In this document: piece after piece, positions 22,801-35,518 of the stretch | How the letters are laid out: every line of letters starts with the position of its first letter | How positions within the stretch are numbered: position 1 is the first letter of the stretch | From: Gekko japonicus | Taxonomy: Eukaryota | NCBI RefSeq assembly: GCF_001447785.1 | Contig: NW_015161425.1 | Coordinates: 676,443 to 740,442, forward strand | Direction of reading: 5' to 3' | DNA: 64,000 bases | The notes under the pieces: generated by a model | Told to the model about the DNA's origin: nothing | Databases searched by the model: none | Seen by the model: only the letters and a program-made list of their open reading frames with translations | Translations under genes and position numbers: made by a program

Positions 22801-24505
22801 CTTGAAAGAAAACACACACACACTTATTATATATTCATTTCTTTTAGCATTTCAAATTCCATATATGGCAAGCTGGGGATGGGAACATCCTAGGAAAAGT
22901 GGATCTTCTCTTCCATAGATTATTTACACCAAGACTGTCATGTAACATCCTTTCCAGGAGAGGCGGGACCAAGGCTGCAGCTACTTTTCTAAGCACATTT
23001 TCTACTTGAGGACCAATAAAGGGCAAAAACAAGCACTCTCATCATGGAACCGGATGCTGAACCTGAGGCTCAGCTGATAAGTACCAAATGTCAGTCTTCT
23101 AGCAAGTCTCTTGCCTTTGAGCAAGTCTGATTTAGGTCATGAGGAAAGAGTAGTAAGACAGAGTGTGTTCTCACAGCCACCAGCTGGGGGCTGTTACTAG
23201 TTTTAGGTATGGGAAACTGACCATTAAGTAGGGAAATCTCTAGCTGCTGGAAAACCCAATGGTAATGGCTGAAAGCCCTCCCTTCTCACATCAAAGCACA
23301 GACACTTGTAACCCTTCTACAACCTCAGCAAATCTTTCCTTCTTTTCACAAGTAGTTGTAGCTAAAACTGCTGAATAGATTTTACTAGCCAAAAAGAGAT
23401 AAGTACAAAATTGGTGTATAGTCTTCGGTGGTGGAAAAAGCTCGATAATGAACAACATCTTATACAACTACCATTGCTATGAATACTCCCCCCCCCCACA
23501 GGGAAGCATGCTCTGAGAATTCAAAATGGCAGCCAACGTCTAAAACAGAGAAACTTATCAATGAACAGGTTTCCTCAGAGCTGCACGATACACAGAACTG
23601 TGCCTCAAAAGTGATCCACAAACCTGTTGAACTGGAATACTGCACTAGGTTTTAAGTCACAACTAAAAATCAGAACACAATGGCATAGTTTCTGCATCCA
23701 GATTCAGTTTTCAACCTGTAGGATTCTAGAGCAGTATGAAGAAAAAACTGAACTTTGGGACCAATTTTATAGTGAGGGACTAGGAACAACTGTTAGTGAA
23801 GAAAACATTAACACAAAATTTGTAAAAGGTCATATATGCACACGGGGAGCCATGGATAAGCAGCAACTCCAGGAAGGAGTTTTCTGCTCATGAAAGGAAT
23901 CCTTCCTGGAGTGGAAAAGCATTTTTCTATGCCACTTGTATCTATATCCTTCAAAAATATATCTTTTCTTTGTCTACACTGTAAAATGCGTATTTTGTAG
24001 ATTACTACTATCATAAAATGGCACATAAATTCATGGTTTTTAACATATATTCATGTGTTTTAGTCATCCGGTATGAAAATAAAACTTCTAAACATTGTGG
24101 TGGTAATCCATGATTGCTCTTAATATAAACAGCACTAAAACAGAAGTTGTTAAAATCTTAGCCATAATGAATAGATCTTATTATTGCTCCGAGTCACTGT
24201 TGTATTAAAAATTGGGTTGGCTTAAAGGTGAAATCTGAACAGATGATTTTGATCATGGCAAAGTATAATTAATATGTTAACTTAAATGTCATTTTTAAAA
24301 AACCATGTAAGAAGCAATATTTGCATTTCTGTGCAAAAGGTGGACCATAAAGGAAGCAAATAAATATACATTAGGTCCTGCAGGAGGAAAAACGATCCGA
24401 AGCAGATGTTTAATAACCAATTTCTGATTAAAACCTAAGCAGAACTACTTCTTGATCTAAATATGTTTACTCAGAAGTCAGTCCTACTGATCTGAATGGG
24501 ACTTA

Positions 24506-25008
24506 ATGTCTAGCAAGTTTCCTGAGGATTACAGCCCGAGAGTCTTGTGTGGCATCCACAACAATATTGTCAGCCGTCAAGGCATGGTTTCCGCCAGTGA
24601 GAGGCAGGGGGAGACATCGGGGCCCTTTCCGAAGAGTCTTCCGCCCTTTGACCGAGGAGTCAAGAAGCCAGGCCTGGCAGGAACCACAAGGTGGCTTGCA
24701 TGCCTCGCTCAGGCCTGGGGTCAGCTTGGCCAGCACCACAGAACTGGGCCCAGCCAGGCAACTGGTATCATGCACTCAGTCAGAGTTTTCCCAGGCAGAG
24801 GCTGCTGGGGGGAAGGAGGGAAAGCTGAAGATGGGGGTGGTGGTGGTGGAAGGGGTGCAGATAAAAGTAGTTTGGCTAGTGGGTGGAAAAAAATAAAGCA
24901 GGAGATGGGGGGGAGGCTGTGGGGGCTTTCAGAAAAAGGGAAGAGGAAAAATAGTGGGGGAAGGGAAATGAGTTGCCCCCCACCAGTCCTTGTGGGTCCT
25001 CCACTATC
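24506..25008 (+). mobile_element. Possible decayed Helitron-like element
   Basis: GC-rich block in an AT-rich intron, ending in hairpin CCCAC..GTGGG then TCCTCCACTA, resembling the 1570-1597 end. Confidence 0.4.
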
Positions 25009-25181
25009 ATCAAACAGATATAACAACATCTAATAGAGTACAGTACCTAGAGCAGGTATTTGCTGTGGAACAAAATTTAGTGTCACACAACGGACAGCCA
25101 GGCCAACACTGGAGTACATTTTACTTTTTAATCCCTAAATATATCCCTTTCCACATTAAGGAAAAACAAGAAAAAAATCAC

Positions 25182-25350
25182 CTTCTCCAGTGCTGAAGGC
25201 CACTCCTCGTTCATCATATTTCAAGGGTTCAATTACCTGTTTTTCAGATTGCACAGGTAATTGCTTGCGGAATTTCAGCACATAATCTGCTTCGATGCCA
25301 TAGCATGGCAATGTCGCTAATCTTTCCAGCAGTTTAATACAGCGAAAATA
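25182..25350 (-). CDS. MRPS9: MRPS9 exon 8 (169 nt)
   Basis: TCCAG|TAT...GAA G|GTGATT; YFRCIKLLERLATLPCYGIEADYVLKFRKQLPVQSEKQVIEPLKYDERGVAFSTGE. Confidence 0.95.
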
Positions 25351-26205
25351 CTGGAGACAATAAAAATTCATTAAGGGGTGGGGGTGCAAGTGTAATTGCA
25401 TTTGCCAACAACTTCTATTTTTACATGCTTGATCTTTTTGGTTCTGCTTTATTGAGAACTTTGACAGGATGACACTTCGACATTTGCATGCTGCTTTCAA
25501 AACAACATGCAGATGTATAATTTTCTATGCGAGTAAAGATACTTCACTCCTTTTTTCACCCTAGCAACAAATGAATCTGCAGTTCAAAATATAACCAACT
25601 CCTTTGTAATACAGGATTTACCACATTAGAATGAAGTTCATCTTAATTTTAAAAGAAACGTTTAGTGGCTGTCGAAATGGAATACACTTTGAAAAAACAG
25701 TAATGGGCAAGCTAGTTTCCAGTAAGCTGATATGCACATTGAAATGGAAATAATTTTATTTTACTAAACGCCACTTCTGAGGTGATTATATTTCATAATA
25801 CACAGAGGAAAAGTGTGTCTATGCCGTTGGTTGTTCAGTTGGAGTTACTTTAATGTTTATGATTTCCTTTAAAAACCAAACAATCAAGCTTTTCAAAAAT
25901 TCAAGAGATACTTGACTTAAAGGGCAACCTCTTGAAATAAATTATCCTTTGCTACTGTGTGCTTTTTTACTTACATCTTGAACATGTGACTAGAAAGTAA
26001 AATGCCTCACTGATAATACGTGGGCTTAGTACTAAGTCTTATTTGGATTTTTATCTCCCCCCGGGGAGGGCCTGGGCAACTGAGAATTAAAGAGGTAGCT
26101 GTGACCTTCCACAACGGGCAAACATTTCTGAGGAGATGGAAATTCACCTTGCAAGTTGGTAAAGAGAGGCCCACCCACTAAACAATGATTCAGCACCAAA
26201 GGAAA

Positions 26206-26420
26206 GATCAAGATGTGTAGCCGTGTTAGTCTGTCTGTAGCAGCAGAAAAAAGCAAGAGTCCAGTAGCACCTTAAAGACTTAACAAAATTTGTGGTAGGG
26301 TATGAACTTCCAAGAGTCACTGCTTACTTTTTCAGATATTGAAGAAGTGAACTGTGACTCACAAAAGCTCATACCCTGCCACAAATTTTGTTAGTCTTTA
26401 ATGTGCTACTGGACTCTTTT
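26206..26420. mobile_element. Inverted pair of Penelope-like termini
   Basis: 26255-26418 is an imperfect ~164-bp inverted repeat (AAGAGTCCAGTAGCAC...GTGCTACTGGACTCTT) with two decayed hammerhead cores at the centre. Confidence 0.75.
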
Positions 26421-27029
26421 CTACCACCAAAGGAAAAGTTAGACATGGTACATAAGCCAGAGAGCATAAACACCAGAATGTTCCTGGCTGTGTTTTCTTT
26501 AATAGATAAACTCTTATTTGGGAGAGGCAGAAGGAAAATCTTTTTTATGGAGTTCAAGTTGTTCCCTCAGAAAGACTGTCCAAGTTTCTTGTTATCTGTC
26601 ATAAAACCATATAGTTGTGGGGTGAGTGACCAAAACACACCCTGTACAATGGTAAAGGAGTGGAAGAGGGGCAGTCTAAAGGAAACAACTAACACACCAG
26701 GAGTATCACCTTGGTACAGTGTAGTACAAGCAAGCCATCGGTGTTTGCTAGGCGGAAAAGTGGTCATGGTTGCTTGTGGCTGCTAAAAAGAACTGAAATG
26801 GGAGGAAAAGGGCTTCAGGGCACGAGAGCAGCAAGGTTGGTAAGATGTTAAAAACAACGGGGAACAGAGGTCACAGGCCAGTGCTCAGATGACAGAAGCC
26901 AGAAGAGGAGCCACCACAAAATGAAGTCTTTGCTGTGCTCACAGTAGCAGAGAGATTATTGGCATGAACTGGTGCAACAGCCAGGCATATATCAATGGGA
27001 CAAGAAGTAATATGCTTCTTACATGGGAA

Positions 27030-27239
27030 CAGGGGTCATTTCGTAGAAAAAGAGCTAGGGGGACTCATTAGCATAACTCATTAGCACATGCCACACCCCC
27101 TGACATCACCGGAAGTGTGTCCTCCCCACAGCCGGCGGCGACCTCCAGCGGGCACCAGCAGGGAGCTCCAGGCCCCGCCCTCCCGCACCTCACCCGGGGG
27201 GATGGCGTCCCCCCGCGTCCCCCCCCCAAATGACCCCTG
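27030..27239. mobile_element. hAT MITE (210 bp), GC-rich
   Basis: TIR CAGGGGTCATTT / AAATGACCCCTG, perfect TSD CATGGGAA at 27022 and 27240. Confidence 0.9.
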
Positions 27240-27952
27240 CATGGGAAAAGGAAATCACTGCCACTCCCTTCCATTAAGTGAGGGGTCTTGCTCCAGTGGA
27301 AGGGGGGCTGTGGGATCCAACTCAGTGTACATATAAAACTAGTTTGCTCTTTCTCTGATGATTACAAAAGAGGATCTCTGTGGAAATGGGAAGGTTACAG
27401 GGTCCCCGTATTGTATGGGGCAGTGGTTGTGCGTCGGCAGCAGGGAGGGATTGACATTTTTAGTAAAATCTAACACTCATAACTAGATTTTATATGCAAT
27501 GTATTTGATATGAATTATTATGGACAACTTGAAACTTTGGTCTCATATTAAGTGGTATAGAATTTTATTTGGAAATTGTACTGAAGATGGTTTAACAGAC
27601 ACACGGCCCATGTGTACTAATTACAGCAATGCATTCTAAGCACTGGTGAGTCCTTGAAATTTATAACTGCAGTTCCTTGTATATTGTGATAACTTGTTTC
27701 TTTTGAACCTATAAAGTGACACACGAAATTTATGTGACATTCAACAGGAATCAAGAGGTGTGGGTATATGTGATTTTATACACAAAGACATACATATATG
27801 GAGTACACAAATATTTTGAGAGAGGTTTACTGAAAACGTAAGTAATCCCCATCTCTGAGGAGGACACTTTTTTTCTGAATTCTTAAAGCAACCACTAGTC
27901 GCTGTTCCATTAGGTTACAGGGTTCATTAAATAAAGAAGATTAATTACTCAC

Positions 27953-28028
27953 ATCTTGATCTGACAGTTTTTCTACTAGCATTTCTTCCAATTCCTCCTT
28001 AATCAGCCATCTGCTGCCAATCAGGTTG
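27953..28028 (-). CDS. MRPS9: MRPS9 exon 7 (76 nt)
   Basis: AACAG|C AAC...GAT|GTGAGT; [25 protein letters not shown]. Confidence 0.96.
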
Positions 28029-28623
28029 CTGTTTAAAATATCACATATATTCTCTTTTTAACTAATCATGCAATTAGAGTTAGATTGCTAAGGACCACAC
28101 ACACAGTCACACTTCATTTAGAAATACACCTTTTGCTTTGAAAAGTAAAAGTTACACTTTCAAACTTACCCTCCTCAAAAACCCTACCCCCCAAAATCTA
28201 ACAAAGTAGTAGATGTAACTTTACAAATTAATGGATCAACAGATAATTTTGTCTAAAATGCATTTAAGGCTCATCTTCAGCAGGTTTCTAAGACAGAAAA
28301 CATATTAAATGTTTACACTCGTAATGCATTGGAATCTGCTACACAAAGTTTCAACAAAAACAAGACTACAACCTTCAAAATGAAGTCTTATGGGAGTGGA
28401 ACATCATATTGAGTTCTGCTTTGATCCAAGACAGGCTAGTTGCTGGTCTGGTCTATTCTAGCATGAAGTTAGTCACATTCAAGGTAGCATAGGGTTGAAT
28501 TTGCCACATTTTTAAAACTAAGATTCCAAGGCCTTTTGAAGGCAAGGCAAGCTAGTGTGCATTGCAGACCTTGTATGCACCTGACATGGAGTGGAATGAT
28601 CAACACCCCCTGGAGTTGATGCT

Positions 28624-28694
28624 GGAGATGAGCCCCATCCCCTAGAGTTGGATTCGACTAGCCTTCGAGCAACGGAAACCTTTACCTTTACCTT
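28624..28694 (+). mobile_element. Sauria SINE 3' fragment
   Basis: GGAGATGAGC...CCCTAGAGT.GGATTCGACT...GGAAACCTTTACCTTTACCTT. Confidence 0.75.
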
Positions 28695-29590
28695 AAAAAG
28701 TCTTGACTACAGTCTTTTCAATGTCTTCCAACTTTATCATCAGGATTCATGCTGCCTATCAGTCCCCTGAGCCTCTTCTCTACTCCCTCCTCTGATTTCG
28801 GATTCCCTTTGACTCTACAGTTCATTACTGTAGTAACCAAACTGTTCTCTGACAGACGCATCTTGAAACCTTTCTTCAACCAGTCTTCCTTAAAGTTCTG
28901 TCTTTGTCTCACTTCTAAATTCCTTCGGTTGTTTTCTCTTTACTATAAAGCCTATCTTTGAGGAAAAGATAAATATAGCCCAGCCCAAATTCGGATCAAT
29001 TCAGTATCCATTTCCTGTCCCCTCCCCTCCATTTGCCTTGACCCAATCTTTTCCTAATTCCTTGACTTCTCTTTTCCTTTCTTAAGCCTACTTTCTCAAT
29101 CTTGTGATGAAGTGACCTCTCATCACACAGATAATGTTGCACAAAGTGCACAGTTTTGGAAGACAAAATCTTAATTTCGCACTTTGCTAAATTTGCTAAC
29201 CTAAAACAGCCTTCCTAGATAGGCAAAAAGCTCTATATCAAATTCTTCTAGCTGGCCTTCAACGTGCCTGCCTAGGAGGATGCCAACTGATAACACCAAG
29301 CAGCCAACAGAACAAAAGCAATTTTTACTGTACCATCAGGACCTAAAGGAATGCAATGAATTCACAGAAATTGCTAAAATACTGTGCATTCTCCATAGTC
29401 AGAACTGAGATAATTATGATGGTGTTTAAAGGAGGAACATTTATTTGAGAGCAGTTCAGAATTGAGGTAAAACATTTAGGAAAGAATGTTTGATTTCTGA
29501 TAAGAACACTGGCTCTTCTCTGGTAGAAGTCATTTGGCTAGCTTACGAAAGAAGAAAGTCTTTTAAAATGTGACTTAAAAAGACTAAAAA

Positions 29591-29934
29591 GAGCTGCGGT
29601 GGCTCAAGTGGTTAAGACGCTGAACTGCCGGCTGTGGAAGGTCAGTAGTTCAGCAGTTCGACACCCGGGTGCCGCATGACGGAGTGAGCTCCCGTCTCTA
29701 GTTCCAGCTCCTGCCAACCTAGCAGTTCGAAAGCAAGAAATTGCAAGTAGATAAATAGGGACCACTTCGGTGGGAAGGGAACAGCATTCTGTGCGCCTTG
29801 GTGTTTAGTCATGCCAGCCAAATGACCACGGAAACGTCTTCGGACAGCGCTGGCTCTTCAGCTTTGAAACGGAGATGAGCACCGCAACCCTAGAGTCGGA
29901 TTCGACTGGCTTTCAAGCAAGGGAAACCTTTACC
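29591..29934 (+). mobile_element. Sauria SINE, full length with TSD
   Basis: A/B boxes, ACCTTT tail, flanking direct repeat TAAAAAGACTA(A/G)AA. Confidence 0.92.
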
Positions 29935-31585
29935 TAAAAAGACTAGAATCTGAAATCTGGTAACTAGGATTATTTTAGTTCTCTTTATTACATCACAGAG
30001 GTTTTAGAGTTACAGAAAGGAGATCGTCTTATTGTTTAGTTTCTTTCCCTTTCTTTGGTAGCTGTTCGACAATTCTTGCTCAATTCTTTTTGTGGCCAAT
30101 GACTTCAATTAAATAAATTTTTCTTTTTTTAAAATTTTGGTGCCATTGTGGTCATTCTGAAACCACATAAAAAGCCTAAATTTAGTATATTCCACACAAG
30201 GGACCAAGAAAGTTCTAAAAAATGTAAACAAGATTCTTCAAAGAGACAAAAACACATAGAATCGCTTATAGGGGCTCTTCTGCCACTGTTATCACTTACT
30301 GTTTAAGTATACAGGTAACTTTTAAAATTTCTATTTTTATCTCTTCCTATAATATTACAGAACCTCTTACACCCAGATTTTTCTAACATTGGCTTTACTT
30401 TGCAAAATCTTCACCTTCCCATGCAAATCCACTTAAAGTCTACTTCCAAATGTCCATATAGCTATCTGTTCTGTGCTGTCCATTAACTCTCCTTCCTCTT
30501 CCACCCCTGTTGCTCTGTTACTAAACCTTATTTTCTTACTTTTTTTTGGTAAGCCTATTTTTGAACAATGGGTTAGATCCCATGAACTAATCACACCCAA
30601 ACTTTCCCAACTTCTCCTTTGTTTTAGCAGCTCTGTGACCTATAACCTGATGTGCATGTGTTTATGAGGGAAGCCATGTCACAGGACCCTCACAGACAAA
30701 ATTGTTATGGGGTGCACAACGGTTGTACTGAGTAGCAGGAACTGGGTCAAAGTCACTGTTACTTCCTTCTACCAGCAGTTTCTGCCAGCAAAAAAAAAGC
30801 CAGGAAAAGAGGAAACCGGGGGGGGGGGGGGGATTTCACCTAATTCTTCTAGCTCAAGGCCTTTTGTTTATGAGGCTTCCACAAACCTCAGCATCAAGTT
30901 TTTATAGATCTTCACTTGATCTTAGCCAAAAGGCTGAGAAACAATATAGCAACACTGGAAAGATAAATGCCCACCTCCAGTTATTCAATGGACTGAGGAC
31001 ATCACAACTTTACCAGCATTTGAAAGTATGGTACACAGACAACAATTGGGCATGAACATACTTTTAGATAGTTGGAAACCTTTAACAGATGTTAATCTGT
31101 TGACTTGCCATCATTTTCGTTATTTTTTTGCTTTCCGTTTGGCATAATTAAAAATTAGTATAAAATAACAATGTTTTTATAGATCGCGGGAGATTGCAGG
31201 AGGTAAGAACAGTCAGGAATGATTCATATCTGTGAGCACCTTTAGTTTGCCATTTGTAGAAATCAGCCCAATATCCCTCTGATATTAAAAAATATTAACC
31301 AAGTTACCAGAACAGCTAGGCCTCTCACCTGAGCACCAGTTTCTTTTTTCCCAGTAGTTACCTGGCTGAAAATTTTAAAGCGCTATTAAAACGTCCGATG
31401 GACATAATATTGTTTTATTATTATGTTAGTAAGTGCAACATATTATATGGAATTGTGTCAATGGATTCTCCAGGAAAATGGCACCCTACAGAATGATGTG
31501 TTTTTAATCGAATTAAAAATGCACCTGCTCCACGCTCCCTCTCCCCAACATCAACATTACCATTATGGTCTCAAAGGCAACTTAC

Positions 31586-31671
31586 AAGTGGTCTTTGATC
31601 TCTGGAACTACTCCTTGAGCACACATTTGATCTTGGTGTGCCTGAATACGCAGTAATTTACCATACATTTC
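31586..31671 (-). CDS. MRPS9: MRPS9 exon 6 (86 nt)
   Basis: TGTAG|GAA ATG TAT...CAC TT|GTAAG; EMYGKLLRIQAHQDQMCAQGVVPEIKDH(F); phases fit exons 5 and 7. Confidence 0.92.
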
Positions 31672-33738
31672 CTACAACAAACGAGAAGAATAAAAAGGGA
31701 GAATTCCCAGTTATTTTCAAGCATCAGATGGAACCCAACTGCAGGGAAATAGTACTCTGGCAAGGGTACCTTTCTTATACCTGATGTTTGCAAAGTATGT
31801 CATCCACCACTGAGCCATGGCTTCTTTCCATTGGAGCAATGTCAGACAGACCCCTTTTTTAATTACATTCATGTTACATACTGCTATGTGACTGTGGACA
31901 CCTAAGATTAATCCTGCCCAAAGACAGAAATAGCCAAGTTCACACTGTAGTTATAGTATATTTAGCGGTAAGGAATCAGAGAGTTCTGCTCCACAGAAAA
32001 TGACTCCTTATGTAAGAGAAAGAGATTGCAGGGCACAACCCAGTTTGTTTAATCAAGATTGATAAAAAATTATATCGAACAACAACAAAAATCAGCAATG
32101 TTGCCCATTGTCTGAAAGAAATAACACTGTCTTCTCTTTGGACCTGCCAGTGAACTGTCTCAAACTGGCAATTCACACATCACATTTTTTTAGTCTAAGA
32201 ATTAAATGTGAATTGTAGTTTGTGATGGATTGCAAAGAAAAGCAGGCTTTTTAAAATGCTGCTTGTGTCAGAAAGTCAGGGAGTTCAAGAGTTAATCTTC
32301 CCTGGAGAGAACAGCTTATGTGATTGGCTGCTCTACTCACTCTATGATTGGCCAGCATCAGCTGAGAGAGGAAATAAAACAGCTGATCTGGAGGGAAAAG
32401 ATGGGTTCGCCTTTTGGTCTCGGTCTGAAATCTAATGTCTGGATCAGTAGCGAAAGGGTTTGGCTTCTGAGGGATGACACTTTGGGAGCCAGTGATTTCT
32501 GTCAGGGAATTGTCAGGAAAGTGCTTCTATAGAGAGAAAAATAAGGACCCCATTGTCTTAAATATACTAGACCTACTCTGAGGGAGAATTTAGATTCTCA
32601 GTCAAGAGGGGGTTTGAATAACAGGATTTTCCCTTCATTGCAATGAAAGCTAAAGGTCGGATAATTTGATTTCTTGCTTAATAGAACTTCTTTAGCATTT
32701 GAATTTGAGATCCTTTAAAAAGGACGCAATTTCTAATGGACCCTTTTCTCTGGAAAGGTCAACCCGGAACCTGGGAAATTCCCCAATACAGTTTAAGAGC
32801 TCTGCCCCTTTTTTGCAAGGTTGCTGATTCTCAAGAATTGTAATTTAGAACAGAGGTAGACATGCAGAATGAAAGGAGAATGCTCCGGCTTTAAACCTCT
32901 AAAGATTCAGAAAGCTTCAGATAATACAGCTGGCATGACAATTTATCCCATAATGATTCTGATGGCATGGAGACTGGACAGCTACTTCCCCCAATGTCAT
33001 ATCAGCTAACTTCTGACTCAGAATACATTTTGAAATTTCATAATTTATTCAGCTTGAAACACTTGGACTTTTGCAAAGTGCAGATATATTTTGGGACTGA
33101 CAGCCCAAGTTTTTACGTTTCTATCTTCACCAGGAGAGCTGGAAGCCCTTTTTTAAAATGATACTGCACCAGATATTACATTCTGTGGAGTTGTGGTCTC
33201 AATTCATTTTACTGTCCAATTATAAGGTTGTATAGATTTGCTTAGGACAAGGTAGTAATAACACCGTATTACCGGGACATGGGATATATGAGATGTTTCA
33301 TTTTATCTCTGCCACACCAACTTATTCTGCCCCAGTAAGTTGCAGATGTATTACAGACGAGAGCTTTTTAAAGAAAAAAAAAATAACCAGCAGGCTACAT
33401 TTGAGAAGTTTTTGCCTACTACATTCTATCCCCATTTTTATTTTTTGTCCATTTCTCAAACACTTTGGTGGTTCTTAAATTTATGAATGTGTATAGCTGT
33501 AAACGTAGGCATGTGCAAAATTGTTTGCAGGAGAACAGATCAATGGACAGGATAATGATACGTGCTATCTTGCAAAGTTATATGAATCTGGGGAAAACAT
33601 ATCACCTGGCAAACATTCACATCTGAAACATTTCAGGGGAAAAAACCTTCTGTTTTCAAAAAGTATAGGTGTTGTTTTTAAGAAGCAAAACCCACAGTCA
33701 TAAATATACATGCCTTAGCTGTTATACAGTAGGTTTTC

Positions 33739-33742
<4 letters not shown>

Positions 33743-33780
<38 letters not shown>
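33743..33780. repeat. (TA)19 microsatellite
   Basis: Direct reading. Confidence 0.95.
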
Positions 33781-33783
<3 letters not shown>

Positions 33784-35097
33784 ACACAATGAAGGACTGA
33801 ATCTTTGATCTTGTCAATTAACAAGGTTTAACCGATTTTAAAGATGCACGGATCACAGGACTGGATGCTTGAAACATACCCTGGAAGAACACCCCATGCC
33901 TTTTGCAGATAGTTTTCTTGTTATAAATTGGGAGGGGTGTGTGGGGGAACTGATGAAGAAGTTTGTACATGAACAATATCTAAAACACTAGACATGAAAT
34001 TTTATGTTACTGTTCCTTGGAAAGAACATATATTTAAACTGATGTATTTTAAATTTTTCTTAGCATTCTAGGTTAATTGATTGATGGGGGGTAGAAAAGT
34101 GTGAAATGTGAAGAGATCCACTAATTTGTTACGTACAGCTGGACACAGCCAGCATGAAATATGTCACCTTCCCCATGCTATGGATAAGGCACTGACGCAT
34201 ATTCCATAACAGAAGCGTGCACAACATTTTACAGTCTTCTTATGTAAGCCTGAGGAGTTGAAGGGTTAAGTCTTCTCAGTGTGCATTTGACTCAAATGTA
34301 ACTTCTGCAACACCCCAAAAAAACTGTATTCAACAAGCCGCAAATAAAGGTGAAAAAGGAGACTACAGAAGGTGCTGAAGTTATAATGCCTTAATATTCA
34401 AGTCATATATGAAAAGGAGTTGAAGATGGATGGCAGAAGGTGTGGGCATTACAAGGATATCTAACTTTAGAGGTTACAGTTACCTGCCAAAGTGGCACAG
34501 ATTTATTAGTTCCCTCTGTTGGAATTCATAAAAACCAGTAAGTCAGAAAGCTAATATACATTTAGGCAAAACTTCATCCATTTTTAATATGTTACAAATT
34601 ACAGAAGGCTGACTGGGCAGGAAACAAAAAATAATGTGGAATTTTCCATTTACCTTTCCGAAGTAGCACTTCTGACCCTAACAAGAATTTCTCTAATTCT
34701 TATACATGGGGTTCAGAATCTTCTCTCTGTACCCCTACTTCAGAACACTAGAAATTATTTACACCATGATTTTTAATAAGGACATTTGCAGATATCATAA
34801 TACTACTCAAGCGAACTTTTAAAACCTCTTATAAAAAACTTACATTTGTTTGTCAAATGGATTTCACGTGAGGATGGCTTAATCAAGTGGAAAGGGGAGC
34901 AATTCTTTGAGAAAGGTTCCATCTCAGGAAAACCTTACATACATTTTCAAAGCTAACCAACAGCTAAAGTTGTTCTCCTTGTACATTTTTTTTAATTTCT
35001 TCATTATGATGGAATGCAACAAAACATCTTGCCCTTGGGTTGCTCCATTTCAGCCAAAACAAATGCAAATGGCCTGTCAGATGACAGCTGCTTTGAT

Positions 35098-35518
35098 NNN
35101 NNNNNNNNNNNNNNNNNNNNNNNNNNNNNNNNNNNNNNNNNNNNNNNNNNNNNNNNNNNNNNNNNNNNNNNNNNNNNNNNNNNNNNNNNNNNNNNNNNNN
35201 NNNNNNNNNNNNNNNNNNNNNNNNNNNNNNNNNNNNNNACAGATTTTCCANNNNNNNNNNNNNNNNNNNNNNNNNNNNNNNNNNNNNNNNNNNNNNNNNN
35301 NNNNNNNNNNNNNNNNNNNNNNNNNNNNNNNNNNNNNNNNNNNNNNNNNNNNNNNNNNNNNNNNNNNNNNNNNNNNNNNNNNNNNNNNNNNNNNNNNNNN
35401 NNNNNNNNNNNNNNNNNNNNNNNNNNNNNNNNNNNNNNNNNNNNNNNNNNNNNNNNNNNNNNNNNNNNNNNNNNNNNNNNNNNNNNNNNNNNNNNNNNNN
35501 NNNNNNNNNNNNNNNNNN
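35098..35518. other. Undetermined bases (141 N, 12-nt island, 268 N)
   Basis: Direct reading; further N runs at 44146-44429 (284) and 58466-58520 (55). Confidence 0.99.

Noticed and set aside
24506-25033. 175-aa ORF in intron 8
   Set aside because: Antisense, low complexity, inside a probable repeat.
29591-29670. tRNA-like sequences with A/B boxes
   Set aside because: They are SINE heads continuous with SINE bodies, not tRNA genes.
32221-32940. Possible third solo LTR (TGTGATG...CATGACA, two ATTGG boxes)
   Set aside because: No matching TSD or clear TATA/poly(A) layout; boundaries unsupported.
33880-33930. Alternative MRPS9 exon 6 candidate (KLSAKGM...|GTATG)
   Set aside because: No suitable acceptor or upstream similarity; 31586-31671 fits length, phase and sequence.
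34844-34929. Strong donor AT|GTAAGT as an exon 6 candidate
   Set aside because: In-frame TGA a few codons upstream.
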